DNA from: Octopus bimaculoides
Taxonomy: Eukaryota
Direction of reading: 5' to 3'
Assembly (NCBI RefSeq): GCF_001194135.2
Contig: NC_068992.1
Location: forward strand, 31,606,686-31,670,685
Length of the DNA stretch: 64,000 nucleotides
A model generated the notes under the pieces. The model did no database searches. It saw only the letters and a program-made list of their open reading frames with translations, and was not told the DNA's origin. Made by a program: the position numbers and the translations under genes. This document shows, piece after piece, positions 1 through 13,533 of the stretch; position 1 is the first letter of the stretch; every line of letters begins with the position of its first letter.

Positions 1-70
1 AATATTTTCTCTTCCACATTATTAGGATTGCTGAATAAATTGGCATACTTGTCTGTGAAAAGGAGAAATT

Positions 71-104
<34 letters not shown>

Positions 105-282
105 NNNNNNNNNNNNNNNNNNNNNNNNNNNNNNNNNNNNNNNNNNNNNNNNNNNNNNNNNNNNNNNNNNNNNNNNNNNNNNNNNNNNNNNNNNNNNNNN
201 NNNNNNNNNNNNNNNNNNNNNNNNNNNNNNNNNTATATACATACACATATGCAGACACACACACATACATAGATATATAGTT

Positions 283-700
283 CTTGAGGTGATGTCTGCT
301 AAGGGTGGTGGCGCCGATACAATCCTAAATTCAACGAACATACAGTTCGGTATGTTTCGCGAAAAATTAGCGAAGATTTGCTCTTCAATATGGCCTACAA
401 AGATTTGACATAATTGGAGCCCATTCACGACCCCATCGTGACACCAGAGATATGTTTATAAAATTCATCAACGAAATAAAACCAAAGCGTTTAAGCGGTG
501 TTGTGTAGTAATGCTAGGATCGGGTGAGGGATAGGTGTCTAAGAAGATGAGAGATGAGCGTGTCAGTGTTTCGATGTCCATGATTTTCAATTGCAGATAG
601 AAAATCTATCTCCCATTGAAATCAGGCGCTCTCCTGGTGTTCATTAAACGGCGATATCGATAGGGAATGAGCCAACAAAATATGCCATCTGCTTCTGTAG
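283..700 (-). mobile_element. Penelope-like element reverse transcriptase relic (pseudogenised)
   Basis: Manual minus-strand translation gives MDIETL...FLDTYPSPDPSITTQHRLNALV, then FYKHISGVTMGS*MGSNY, LFVGHIEEQIF and VR*I*DCIGATTLSR. These match PLE RT motifs (MDI-SLYT, GVAMGS-MGP-YA, YVRYIDDC). The YIDD equivalent at 322-333 is destroyed by stops, and frameshifts are present. Confidence 0.75.
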
Positions 701-1689
701 TTGTTTCGTTACATTTACGATAATTATATATTTGCTATGGCGGCCTGCTATCATATAGCATATACATTCTAATCTTTCGATGTTATATTTCTTCATACAT
801 GAGCCGTGTCATCTCATGGCTTCTGTTTTGTGATAAATGTTCGTTATGTTGTACATACTTACAGTAAAAATATCTTACCGTTAAATCTTTGTTGGGAATT
901 ACATTGTGAAATAATGAAGATGATGTAGAATGCAAACAATTACTAAAATAGAAACAGTTACTTCCTCTTCTATCAATTTGCCCTCGGTTATATAGCAGGC
1001 ATGTCACCTATCCTGATCATTAGATTATGAATCACATTGTTCATTTGGTCTTGCTTCCGATTTTGGAAAACTTGTATGGGGTATTATTGCTTCAAGAGCT
1101 GACAAAAAGTTATCGCTATGGACAACGTACATCTACAACCGGATTCGTTCTGAATTCTCTTTCACATGTACGCTGTAGATGGCGTGTAAATATTATAGAA
1201 TATATCGTCTTTCAGAACAGAATTTTTCTTTTGTGTAACAAGTAAAATTTAAAACTTAATCTGTTATTCTGTTAAATGTAGAAGTTGACAATTTAAAACA
1301 AAAAACTGCAGCACAAAAATATATATCTCTATATATGCATAATTAGATAGGCATGCGTGCATATATATATACATANNNNNNNNNNNNNNNNNNNNNNNNN
1401 NNNNNNNNNNNNNNNNNNNNNNNNNNNNNNNNNNNNNNNNNNNNNNNNNNNNNNNNNNNNNNNNNNNNNNNNNNNNNNNNNNNNNNNNNNNNNNNNNNNN
1501 NNNNNNNNNNNNNNNNNNNNNNNNNNNNNNNNNNNNNNNNNNNNNNNNNNNNNNNNNNNNNNNNNNNNNNNNNNNNNNNNNNNNNNNNNNNNNNNNNNNN
1601 NNNNNNNNNNNNNNNNNNNNNNNNNNNNNNNNNNNNNNNNNNNNNNNNNATGTGTGTATTTATATTTATATATATATATATACTCTTTA

Positions 1690-1905
1690 CTTCTTACGTT
1701 TTTACTTGTTTCAGTCATTTGACTGCGGCCATGCTGGACCACCGCCTTTAATCGAATCAAATCGACCCCAGGACTTATTCTTTGTAAGCCTAGTACTTAT
1801 TCCATCGGTCGCGTTTTGCCGAACCGGTACGTTACGGGGACGTAAACACACTAGCGTCGGTTGTCAAGCGATGGTGGAGGGACAAACACAGACACACAAA
1901 CATAC
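1690..1905 (-). mobile_element. SINE family A, 3' half
   Basis: The reverse complement matches the plus-strand copy at 50095-50412 (GTCCTGGGGT...ACCG...TGTTTAC) and ends in the tail GGCGGTGGTCCAGCATGGCCGCAGTCAAATGACTGAAACAAGTAAA. Confidence 0.8.
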
Positions 1906-1914
1906 TAATATATA

Positions 1915-1976
1915 CTTTTGTTATTTACACCACCTGTCCTCGTCTGTTGTTATTATTTGTATATTCTCCCATATAN
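1915..1976 (+). repeat. 3' end of a PLE-like repeat family (also at 31780-31930 and 33113-33205)
   Basis: TTTACACCACCTGTCCTCGTCTGTTG...ATTCTCCCATATA matches the reverse complement of 31780-31835. Confidence 0.6.
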
Positions 1977-3789
1977 NNNNNNNNNNNNNNNNNNNNNNNN
2001 NNNNNNNNNNNNNNNNNNNNNNNNNNNNNNNNNNNNNNNNNNNNNNNNNNNNNNNNNNNNNNNNNNNNNNNNNNNNNNNNNNNNNNNNNNNNNNNNNNNN
2101 NNNNNNNNNNNNNNNNNNNNNNNNNNNNNNNNNNNNNNNNNNNNNNNNNNNNNNNNNNNNNNNNNNNNNNNNNNNNNNNNNNNNNNNNNNNNNNNNNNNN
2201 NNNNNNNNNNNNNNNNNNNNNNNNNNNNNNNNNNNNNNNNNNNNNNNNNNNNNNNNNNNNNNNNNNNNNNNNNNNNNNNNNNNNNNNNNNNNNNNNNNNN
2301 NNNNNNNNNNNNNNNNNNNNNNNNNNNNNNNNNNNNNNNNNNNNNNNNNNNNNNNNNNNNNNNNNNNNNNNNNNNNNNNNNNNNNNNNNNNNNNNNNNNN
2401 NNNNNNNNNNNNNNNNNNNNNNNNNNNNNNNNNNNNNNNNNNNNNNNNNNNNNNNNNNNNNNNNNNNNNNNNNNNNNNNNNNNNNNNNNNNNNNNNNNNN
2501 NNNNNNNNNNNNNNNNNNNNNNNNNNNNNNNNNNNNNNNNNNNNNNNNNNNNNNNNNNNNNNNNNNNNNNNNNNNNNNNNNNNNNNNNNNNNNNNNNNNN
2601 NNNNNNNNNNNNNNNNNNNNNNNNNNNNNNNNNNNNNNNNNNNNNNNNNNNNNNNNNNNNNNNNNNNNNNNNNNNNNNNNNNNNNNNNNNNNNNNNNNNN
2701 NNNNNNNNNNNNNNNNNNNNNNNNNNNNNNNNNNNNNNNNNNNNNNNNNNNNNNNNNNNNNNNNNNNNNNNNNNNNNNNNNNNNNNNNNNNNNNNNNNNN
2801 NNNNNNNNNNNNNNNNNNNNNNNNNNNNNNNNNNNNNNNNNNNNNNNNNNNNNNNNNNNNNNNNNNNNNNNNNNNNNNNNNNNNNNNNNNNNATATAGGA
2901 ATATACACTAGTTTGTTTAGGCAGTACTGTCTGTTGATACACACGTAAGAATGCGCGAATCTATGTTTATATAGATGCATGTGTAGATGATGAATGCAAC
3001 ACTATATTAACTTCAGCTCTTATTTCCCTTCAGTAATGTGATAGACGCTTGAACATTCTATGTTCGAACTCTTCTGCAAAAGTATAACTCTGTTGTTCAA
3101 TCACTCATAAAGCAAATTGGAATCAAAATACCTGTGCATAATTTGAGTTGTTCAGGATATAACATGACATCACACTGGACATATTAGTCGTCATCTACAT
3201 ACTTCTCTAACTCCCGAGTGGTGTCTTTATTTTTTTTTTTAATTATCGGCATATTCCTCTTAGAATGTTCTGATATTTAGGAGTAGATGTATATGTATAT
3301 CTAATCCATCTTAAAATGTAAAAAAAAAAATATAGGCAAGTATTTTGCTAACTAAATTTGAGAAATTATCTTAGATATAAATTTGAGTATACAACATTCT
3401 TTTACGAGAGGATGCCCCTTAAAAGATCTGCGTTATCTAAATTTTAATACGCAAGTTTATGAACTTTTATAGTATTATTCCTGGATTAAAGATATTTTAT
3501 GGTAATGAGTTGTTGAATTGTAGTGTTACAATCTCACTACGACTTCTTTTGTATCAATTTTTAGTTGGAAACATATGTACCATGCAAAGTGCAATGTCGG
3601 TTTCTTAGTCTCCATATATGTTCGAATTTATTACTGCTGAGATACGCTTCTGACACTGAAACCATCCATTTTCACTTGCACCAAGTCTTTTCTCATGGCA
3701 TTCTAACTTGAACTGAGACTCGTTAGAGATAATGGAGATTAAATCTCGATGTTTATTTCTTGAAATAAAATGCTTATAATATCCTTTCT

Positions 3790-3995
3790 ACTATAGGTAC
3801 AAGACCTGAAATTTGTGGTGAAGAGGGCAGATGATGACGTTACCCTCAGTGGTCGAGTGTTATTTATTTTATCGTCATCGAAGGATCAGTTGTATAGTCG
3901 ACATCGGCTTCATTTGTACGCAGAAGGTAAAGCCGGAAGATAAGAACGTATGTAGTCTACTCACCGCGGTACCGACACAATCAGCTTGCTGCTTG
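3790..3995 (-). mobile_element. SINE family B, degenerate copy
   Basis: Weak reverse-complement similarity to 12097-12328 (TTTATCG..CC.GAAGGAT...GTCGAC.TCGGC). Confidence 0.5.
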
Positions 3996-4260
3996 AAAAT
4001 GCCGTATATAAAGACGCATAGTACTCAACAAAATTGGAAGTAAATTTGCATTTTGACTTTTGTCCATCGAGGCAAGAACACCTCACGCAAAACCATAGAA
4101 TGGCATTTCATATTATTTATGTATGAACACATTTTAGAAGTAATACTGTTTATCCATATCCCTTTTATTATATAATTCTAATGGATCACTTTTCGTTAGG
4201 CAGTGAGATTTTCATTTGCATGAACATTCCAATGTATGTATGTATGTATGTATGTAAGTA

Positions 4261-4342
<82 letters not shown>

Positions 4343-4773
4343 CATATATGTGTATGTGTATGTGTGCCTTTGTGAGTGAGTCATTGTGTGTGTGTGTGCA
4401 TGTGTCTCGGTGTGTATGGGAGTAGAGGATATTTGATATTATTAAATATTATATTAAATATTTTACATCATTTTGTCTAAATATATAAAAAAAAAAAGGA
4501 AATTAGCATTTATAATTCTGCGTTCTCCCAGGAATAAAATTCATATCGTTTTTGGAATAATTTTCATATATAGAATCACGATTTACATAAAATAAAGGAT
4601 TTATTCTAACCCTATTACTTGGAATAGATAAGCACACACACGGGCGCACACATAGATACACACACATATGTACACACTACAATTTTGTGGTTACATTTTT
4701 CATATTTATGTGTACGCTAACCCAATACTCACGCAGAAAGATGTATATGTGTGTCTGTTCGTGTGTTTGTATG

Positions 4774-4899
<126 letters not shown>

Positions 4900-5152
4900 N
4901 NNNNNNNNNNNNNNNNNNNNNNNNNNNNNNNNNNNNNNNNNNNNNNNNNNNNNNNNNNNNNNNNNNNNNNNNNNNNNNNNNNNNNNNNNNNNNNNNNNNN
5001 NNNNNNNNNNNNNNNNNNNNNNNNNNNNNNNNNNNNNNNNNNNNNNNNNNNNNNNNNNNNNNNNNNNNNNNNNNNNNNNNNNNNNNNNNNNNNNNNNNNN
5101 NNNNNATATATGCGAGATTTATATATCTTAATTTGCAGAGGAATTTGTAGTG

Positions 5153-5228
5153 GGTAGTTTAGCTTAATCGGTCAAAGCATCGTGACATGTAATCACGGGG
5201 ATGTGAGTTCGAGTCCACAGCTAGCCAC
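5153..5228 (+). pseudogene. tRNA-Thr(TGT)-like sequence: tRNA pseudogene or head of a tRNA-derived SINE
   Basis: Folds as a cloverleaf: acceptor GGTAGTT/AGCTAGC (one mismatch), D stem GCTT/AAGC, anticodon stem CGTGA/TCACG with loop CATGTAA (TGT at 5188-5190), T loop GTTCGAGT. U33 is replaced by A and the T stem lacks one base, so it is probably non-functional. Confidence 0.6.
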
Positions 5229-5393
5229 CTACACTTTTCTCTGCAAAATAGGGATAGTTTATCCTGTTCAGGCTATATTATTAGCATTATTCTGCGATTG
5301 AGAATTTAAAATCACTTCTTTAACTTTCTAAAAAAGACGTAACGCTTCTAAAAGCAAACTTCGTTTGTTAATTTACGTTTGTCGCAATTTGAA

Positions 5394-5430
<37 letters not shown>

Positions 5431-5431
<1 letters not shown>

Positions 5432-6559
5432 CAGGACTTTCTTGAAGAAAGAAATCAGGAAGCAGTGGCCAATGGAGCCACCTCAATGTAAACACAAATA
5501 GTGAGCGGTGTTCCAAACGGCAATGTCTTGGAACCACAACTTTTCATAGTAGCCCTCTCGTATATGCACGGATCACCACTCTTGCTAGCTACGCAGACGA
5601 TACGAAAGTCTCGCAGAAAATACACAGCCCCAGCGATGTTGCACAGCTGCAGCAGGAGTTGGACTCAATTTACAGATGATCTGAGGACAATAATATGTAG
5701 CTTGATGCAGAAATATTCCAAGCCATGCTCTTCCAGCGTCTAAAACGGAATATAAAACTTACAGGGTACACTAGTCCACAAGGGATTACAATCCCAGAGC
5801 CTAAATCAAAGCGGGACCTGTGTATCAACATAAGTGAGGATACCTCTTTCCAAGTGACAAATACCAGGATGGCGTCAAAGTGTAGACGTTTGGCTGGTTG
5901 GACCCTGAGAAGGTTCAGAACTAGAGAGAAGGAAACGATGATGGTCGCCTGGAGTACATTCGTCATCGGCCGTCTGGATTACTACTCTCATCTATGATCA
6001 CTCAACAGTGTAAAATTATCACGGGTGCTTCAAGAAATCTAGCGAAGCTTCACAGAAAAGATCGTTTCATTGCAACCACTCAGTTACTGAGAAAGGCTGA
6101 AACAGCTAACACTCTCCTACCCAGAACCAATGTGGGAGAGATATGCAGTAATACACCTCTGCAAGATCCTGGAAGTAATTGTGCCATATTTTGGCATTGA
6201 AAGCTACACAAATGCCAGAGCAGGTCTATAATTCATGATGTCAATGATTCCAGCAATGCCATCGCGCTTCAGGACTAGTTACTGCAACAGCCTGAGTTTC
6301 AGAGCCATAGCTTTTTAATATTCTCTCAAAGAGCCTGAAGGACTTATACAAAATGGATTTAGGTATTTTCAAATTAAAACTGGACCTCTTCTTGCCGAGA
6401 GTCTCAGATGAACCTACTCCGCCACAGGAGAGGAAAATGAGGGTAGCGACATAAAACTCCATTATTAACCAAATGACGCATATTAGAGGAGGATCTCAAT
6501 AATAACAGCATAGCAAAACGGCGTTGCTCCAGCATAGCCACAGTTTTGAGCTGAAACTA

Positions 6560-6562
<3 letters not shown>
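5431..6562 (+). mobile_element. CR1/L2-type LINE, 5'-truncated, RT C-terminal part plus 3' UTR
   Basis: Fragments SGVPNGNVLEPQLFIVALS (GVPQG motif), ASYADDTKV (YADD at 5590-5601), KCRRLAGWTLRRFRTR and GRLDYYSHL, with multiple frameshifts. Ends in a (TA)n tail. Confidence 0.9.
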
Positions 6563-6603
<41 letters not shown>

Positions 6604-7879
6604 NNNNNNNNNNNNNNNNNNNNNNNNNNNNNNNNNNNNNNNNNNNNNNNNNNNNNNNNNNNNNNNNNNNNNNNNNNNNNNNNNNNNNNNNNNNNNNNNN
6701 NNNNNNNNNNNNNNNNNNNNNNNNNNNNNNNNNNNNNNNNNNNNNNNNNNNNNNNNNNNNNNNNNNNNNNNNNNNNNNNNNNNNNNNNNNNNNNNNNNNN
6801 NNNNNNNNNNNNNNNNNNNNNNNNNNNNNNNNNNNNNNNNNNNNNNNNNNNNNNNNNNNNNNNNNNNNNNNNNNNNNNNNNNNNNNNNNNNNNNNNNNNN
6901 NNNNNNNNNNNNNNNNNNNNNNNNNNNNNNNNNNNNNNNNNNNNNNNNNNNNNNNNNNNNNNNNNNNNNNNNNNNNNNNNNNNNNNNNNNNNNNNNNNNN
7001 NNNNNNNNNNNNNNNNNNNNNNNNNNNNNNNNNNNNNNNNNNNNNNNNNNNNNNNNNNNNNNNNNNNNNNNNNNNNNNNNNNNNNNNNNNNNNNNNNNNN
7101 NNNNNNNNNNNNNNNNNNNNNNNNNNNNNNNNNNNNNNNNNNNNNNNNNNNNNNNNNNNNNNNNNNNNNNNNNNNNNNNNNNNNNNNNNNNNNNNNNNNN
7201 NNNNNNNNNNNNNNNNNNNNNNNNNNNNNNNNNNNNNNNNNNNNNNNNNNNNNNNNNNNNNNNNNNNNNNNNNNNNNNNNNNNNNNNNNNNNNNNNNNNN
7301 NNNNNNNNNNNNNNNNNNNNNNNNNNNNNNNNNNNNNNNNNNNNNNNNNNATATATATATATATATAAATATATGTTTGTGTGTGTGCATATGCTTGTGT
7401 GCGTCTGCGTGGGTGCGTGTACGTGTGTGTTTTTGTAAGCTCTGTATATAAATGAAACGGCATATCACCGGCTCTCCAGATCTAGTCGTTGCAATGTCAA
7501 GAATGCTTTTTATAGGAATTTTAGTGTTAGCTTTTAAAAGACAGTGATATTAATATATTAATATATACATGAATAACAGATTCATTTTACCGTTGCTCTG
7601 AAACAATTTTCTTAAGGGGAATTTCATGGATTGAATTTTGATTCCTCCATATCTCTAACATCATAAATAGAATATAACGATATAAAAAATATTTTAAAAA
7701 AGATATGTAATTTTATTATTTAAATTCTTCGATTTATTGATGTATATCACTTCGTTTTACAGATGTTAAAAGAGTTCATTGATTTTATTTTATGTTTATG
7801 CAAGTTTCTGTTTTTGTCTCTCGATGTCTTGGCCACGCGTACGTCCATAATCAAATGATCAATTTCATATATCCTGCGG

Positions 7880-8040
7880 CTAAACTGAAATAACCGGCTT
7901 GCATTCGGCGAGAGTACAATTCAAAGCAGTCAGACCGTCTTACGTTCAGTTTTATGCCACCTATGATACTCTTATTCAGCTGAATGAACTGGAGGAACGT
8001 GAGCGAAATTGCCTATATACAGAAACACGGGCATCGTCAA
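7880..8040 (-). mobile_element. degenerate SINE fragment
   Basis: TACTCTTATTCAGCTGAATGAACTGGAG resembles the reverse complement of a SINE core-type segment (CTCCAGT.CACTCAGCTG..AATGAGTA). Highly diverged. Confidence 0.35.
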
Positions 8041-9464
8041 AACTGAGCCGTGGACGAGCAAAAACTATTTTGTGAAAATCACACTTTGAATAAAACTGAC
8101 GTACATCTTCATCTGATGGTTACGTTTCGACTGAATTTGTTATTCATCATAATAGTTTTAAGCAGATTTTCATAATTTCAATATATTTATACACAATTGG
8201 TATATGCTTACAACACAAGAAAAAGTTATTTAAGATTGTGTGTGAGGGTGTTTTTGAGATTGTGTATGTGTGTGTGAGTGACTATGATGTGTGACTATGT
8301 TTTTCAATGTGTGCATACCTGCGTATGCATAAATATGTATTTCTTTATTAATTTATACAATTCAAAATATAAAACAAAAAAGCCTCATATGTTATCATCA
8401 CTTTATATATATTTATTAAACATACTATCACATACATCAACATTTCTCTATAAATATACAAACTTATCTTAAAAACAACTGACTAAATATATTTCGCCTT
8501 AGCATATATTCATGAATATTAAATTACTGTAATTCTTATTGATTTCGTTCTCTTAAATATATGGAGGAAATAGATATGTTTATCAAACTGTGCAGAGTAT
8601 AATACCTTAATGGAATACTTGAAAACTTTTACGACAAATATTTAAGATATAAGATTGCTATTTTTTCTCACTGTTTTTCTATACCCTGAACGAAAGACAC
8701 AAGCGCAGAGACACAAATGCATATAATTATATAGGGTGTATTTTCTTTTCATAAACGGCAAGTGGAGGTTCTGGATAACCTGCACAGATGATATGCTTAT
8801 AGTGATTAAATGTTTGTTCTCTATAGTAGCTCCCTACCTCTATCAAAATGGCATTGCCTGTACGGTGTGTGATACGTCAGATGTTGAGGCTATCGTAGAG
8901 CAGCATAAAATGTAGCATTGTGACCAAGAACAGAAAGCATCTTCCGTTCCGGCAATCGAAACAATGATCTTGCTTACAATCGTGTGTTGAACACGCTAAT
9001 CATTAGCCCGTGTTTCTTCATACTTACATACTTATCACTACGCACACACATTGTCTATAAGAAATGTTCTTTGACAACGCAGCCGAAGTTTGTATACTAT
9101 GTATAAGTCTGTGGTGTGGTGTGCGTGTGTGTATGTGTGTGTGTCTGTGCGTGTGTGGGTGTGTGTGCACGTGTGTTTATGTGGTTAGGACGAGTGTGTG
9201 TAAGTTACTGAATCGAAAATTAGTGGGCTTTCTTGACACATCATTTTCATTCCTCAGTATCATTCGTTGCACTCGTTATAGCGTATGGTGAGTGTATCTT
9301 GTTTTCTAGCACTTAATTTACTGAAGTTTCCCCCTGCTTTTTTTCTCTTCCCCACTTACCATGGGAAAGCACCACAGTAGCTCTTGAGATGCGGCCTTGT
9401 CTTTAACGTGCCAGCAATGAATAACATCTTAGCCTGTGATTTGGTATTGTCTCGGCGTGAAATA

Positions 9465-10570
9465 TCAGCTCATTAAGAATGAAAGTTTATTTTGCTCTAT
9501 CTCAACAAAAACTAATGGAGTTAATCAAAGTATGCACCTAAATTATCAGCACAATTTCGTCGTTTTATCGGGAGTTTATTTATACCGGCAGTGAAGAATT
9601 CTGAAGTGATGAAATCACGAAAGGCTACTTTTGTATCTTCTTCAGATTTGAAGTTTTTGGCTTACAAAATGTTGTCTAATGTCTGGAAAACTTCATAGTT
9701 CGTTGGTGAAAGGTCTGGTGAATATGGTGGAAGACAGAGTATTTGAAGTTCAGTTCTTGTAATTTCAGTGTCCTTCTTTCTGCAACATTTTGCCGAGCAT
9801 TTTCTTGCAAGAGATTTGGCATGTCTCTATTGACCAGTCTCAGTTCTTTAATTGCAAGTTCACCCATAATTTTATCCGACTGCTTGATGTGTACATCCAC
9901 TGTAATTGACTTACCAGGACTCATGAAGCTGTAATAGATGACACCAGCGCTGGACCACCAAACAGACACCATTAGTATTTTGGTAAATATTCTTTTTAAA
10001 TTGTGATTTGACACCTCGTTTCTATCCAAAAGAACACATTTTTCATTACATGTGGTTCGCTTTTATGACATGACAGCAAAGAACAGTAAGTTTCAAGACA
10101 TGTCATTTGATGCTCATTCAGTTCGTGTGGTACTCACTTGTCCAGCATCTTTACCTTGCCGATTTATTTCAGATGGCCCAATATAGTCGGAATCGAAACA
10201 TCAAACCTTGCTGCTAACTAAGGCGTAGTTTGAGATGTATCCGCTTCTACCACTGCTTCCAACTCATCATCATCCGCTTTGGTCTCAGGTCTACCACGAG
10301 TCTGATCTCCCGGGATGAAATTAGCCTGACAGGAGCTTCTCAAACCATCGACGGACAGTGCACTCATTCGCCACATCTTCACTAAACAACTCATTGATGT
10401 TTCGAGCTGTCTGGGATGCATTGGTTCCACGACGGAACTTATATTACTAACACGAATTTTTTATCTTTCCTTTGGTTCACAAAAATTACTTTACAATAGA
10501 AACTCATAAAATAATTATATTTCGAAAAGTGACAAAGAATTTTTAGTATAAAACATTAGAGCTAATACTC
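9465..10570 (-). mobile_element. mariner (Tc1/mariner, D,D34D-type) transposon, decayed
   Basis: ORF 9676-10029 reads KILMVSVWWSSAGVIYYSF...LLQENARQNVA. ORF 10218-10430 reads RGRPETKADDDELEAVVEADTSQTT (HTH/linker). The C-terminus DNLGAYFD* ends near 9521. Confidence 0.9.
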
Positions 10571-10624
10571 AAACTTGAAACATAATATATATATGTGCGT
10601 GTGTGTGTTTGCGTATGTGTATAG

Positions 10625-10703
<79 letters not shown>

Positions 10704-11074
10704 GCATAATTAAAAATACATCATGTTGTGTCTTATTAAATTAGTGGATACACTTCCAACTTCGATGAAATGTTTCGTCTAATCATTGTTACTTTTTTTA
10801 GAACATGCATTAAGCTCGTAAGCCGCATATTCTCTATGGATTGTAAATTCAGTTGATTATAGAAGCAGGTATCTTATGCATATTCAGCATTTTTCGACAT
10901 CTCAGAGAACTCTTCTTGAATGTTACCACTAATTTTTCGTCTATAATCTGATATGCAGTCAATTTCATAATACCTGAATAATATTGGATTCAAATTATGG
11001 CAGAAAACCTGCAATTTCAGGTGCGAGTGCAAGTAGATTGCATTGACCTCAATGCTCATCTAACACTTCTTTTA

Positions 11075-11200
11075 TTGATAGCGACCCGATGAAAGGCAAA
11101 GTAGACTGCATTGGAATTTGAACTCAAAATGTAAAGACGGACAAAATGCCGCTAAGCATTTTGCCAGGCGTGCTAACGATACGACCAGCTTGTCGCCTTA
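11075..11200 (-). mobile_element. SINE family B copy
   Basis: Reverse complement of the head of 12097-12328 (GATGAAAGGCAAAGT...GGAATTTGAACTCA...CTAAGCATTT...GGCGTGCTAACG). Confidence 0.75.
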
Positions 11201-11900
11201 TATAGCCTGTGTAATATTATCAGTACGAGAGGAAATAAGAATAATTCTCTCGGTATTGCTGATCAGGTTTTTCATATGCATTATCATTAGAATTCAATAA
11301 AAGAATCACTCACCATTTTAAATGCATTTTACTCAATAAATCAATAATAATATCAGACACCATCTTTAAAATATTTTACACCCAAGAGTTTCATCGTAAT
11401 GAGTTGCGTAATCATCGCCGACATCACTGACGTCGGTATTATCCTACCTGTCGTCATCAGGAGTGACATCGTCATCATTGTCGATGATTCTATCTTTTCA
11501 TTTTCTTTCAAACAAGTTCTATATTACTTAAACATATAATAGGACAGACAAAACTGTTAGTGATATACGTTGATACGATGGCAACATTTCTGTTGCTGGT
11601 GGTGGTGGTGGTGGTGGTGGTGGTGGTGGCACAGTCAACGAAGAAGTGATAAGTGCTGGTGATGGGTTTTATAATGAGTATGTAGAAGATAATGGCAATA
11701 ATTATAAAGAGAAAAAGTGTAAGGCGTATCAATATTTTGTAATACAGATGATAAATCTGAGGAGACAAGATTACATCTTATTCTTTATAAAACTATGAAG
11801 CATGGGCTATCCAGCATTTTACCTCGCAAAATTCATGTTAAAATTTACCAAACTGACATATGCTAAAATTCGTGACATTATGGACAAAAAATACAGAATT

Positions 11901-12005
<105 letters not shown>

Positions 12006-12096
12006 TCGCACACAAACTCACACGCACATATACTAACAAAACATATACTAACACACACACATATACACACACACAAACACACATACACTCACAAAA

Positions 12097-12328
12097 GGCG
12101 GCGTGCTGGCAGAAACGTTAGCACGCCGGGCGAAATGCTTAGCTGTATTTCGTCTGCCGTTATATTCTGAGTTCAAATTCCGCCGAGGTCGACTTTGCCT
12201 TTCATCCTTTCAGGGTCGATAACATAAGTACCAGTTACGCACTGGTGTCGATATAATCGATCCAATCCGTTTGTTTGTCCTTGTTTGTCCCCTCTATGTT
12301 TAGCCCCTTGTGTGTAGTAAAGAAATAA
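12097..12328 (+). mobile_element. tRNA-derived SINE family B, near full length
   Basis: A-box-like TGGCAGAAACG (12107) and B-box GAGTTCAAATT (12169), with an A-rich end. At least six related copies lie in the window. Confidence 0.85.
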
Positions 12329-13436
12329 CACACACATATACTAACAATGCACCTCGGTGTACAGCCACGTATTATTTGTTCCTTTTTATAGGCAGAATCA
12401 GCACACGAGGAATATCAAGTGAACAATTCCTGTTCATCAACATGGACAACAGTGGAAAGCTTTGGAATTAGGGTTCTAAAGGAAGGAATATTAAGATAAG
12501 GAAACATATTGGATAATCTTATTAATTCCATTATACCAAAGAAAGAATCGGAAAATGTTGGTGAAAGGTCTTAAAAATAAAGATGTTATGATGAATTAGG
12601 TATGTTCTTCGATCAGAACGCCACCGACCTTTTTTTTTCTTTTATAATTCGTGTTTGTGATAAGCGTATCTAAAATCTGATCTTCAATATAAACGTTAAA
12701 GAAATTTTTTTCAGAAACACCGTCGTTTAGCTGTTGTTTCAAACATGTTGAATGTGATATTTGTTACCCGCTTTCTTTTTTCCCAAAATTTCCTCGAGTT
12801 CCTGTTTTCGGTATAAGTAATTCGGATTTTCCAAGAAAACACGTTTTCAAAATTTTAATTTCCCTACCTCTCCATCCTAATTCTTAAATTTTTTACTATG
12901 TTATAAATTTCCTTTTTTTGTAATCCACGTAGAAAAAATACATAGGAAACAAAAATTTGAAAATGTGATTCTTGGGCAAAATCACATTCTCCTATTTCAA
13001 AAATATAGGACACCGCAAAATTTTGCCAAAAAAAAAAAAATGCGCAAGTGGGTGATACGGAAAATGTGCCCCAAAAGCATCTTTTTTTTTTGGCATTTTC
13101 CGTTGAAAATAGGGTCTTGTGCATAATAGATGCACTCATAACACTTCTTGCAGCATCTTTTAACACGAGAAACATTGAAATTGCCAACTTAGATTAGATG
13201 CATTCCAAATATTGCCCAAAAATGACCTTAAAAGTGTGCGACCCAAGCTATCTAACGAGGTTATCTTGGTAGTGAAAAACAATTGTGCAAAATCATACTT
13301 TATTTTGTACCCGAAAGTTACTGAATATTTCGATACCTTATACATCAAAATCGGCAACTTGATTTTCGAATCTGTTAGGAACATACACACCACCCACAGT
13401 CACACAGACATACAGAGACACACACAAACTCTGCTA

Positions 13437-13443
<7 letters not shown>

Positions 13444-13531
<88 letters not shown>
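13444..13531. repeat. (TA)n microsatellite
   Basis: Directly visible. Confidence 0.95.

Positions 13532-13533
<2 letters not shown>

Noticed and set aside
1652-2980. Long ORFs of 326-419 aa in the ORF track (also 6483-7468, 1329-1760, 16402-16875, 29265-29712)
   Set aside because: They consist of X residues from assembly gaps plus (TA)n translations and are not coding.
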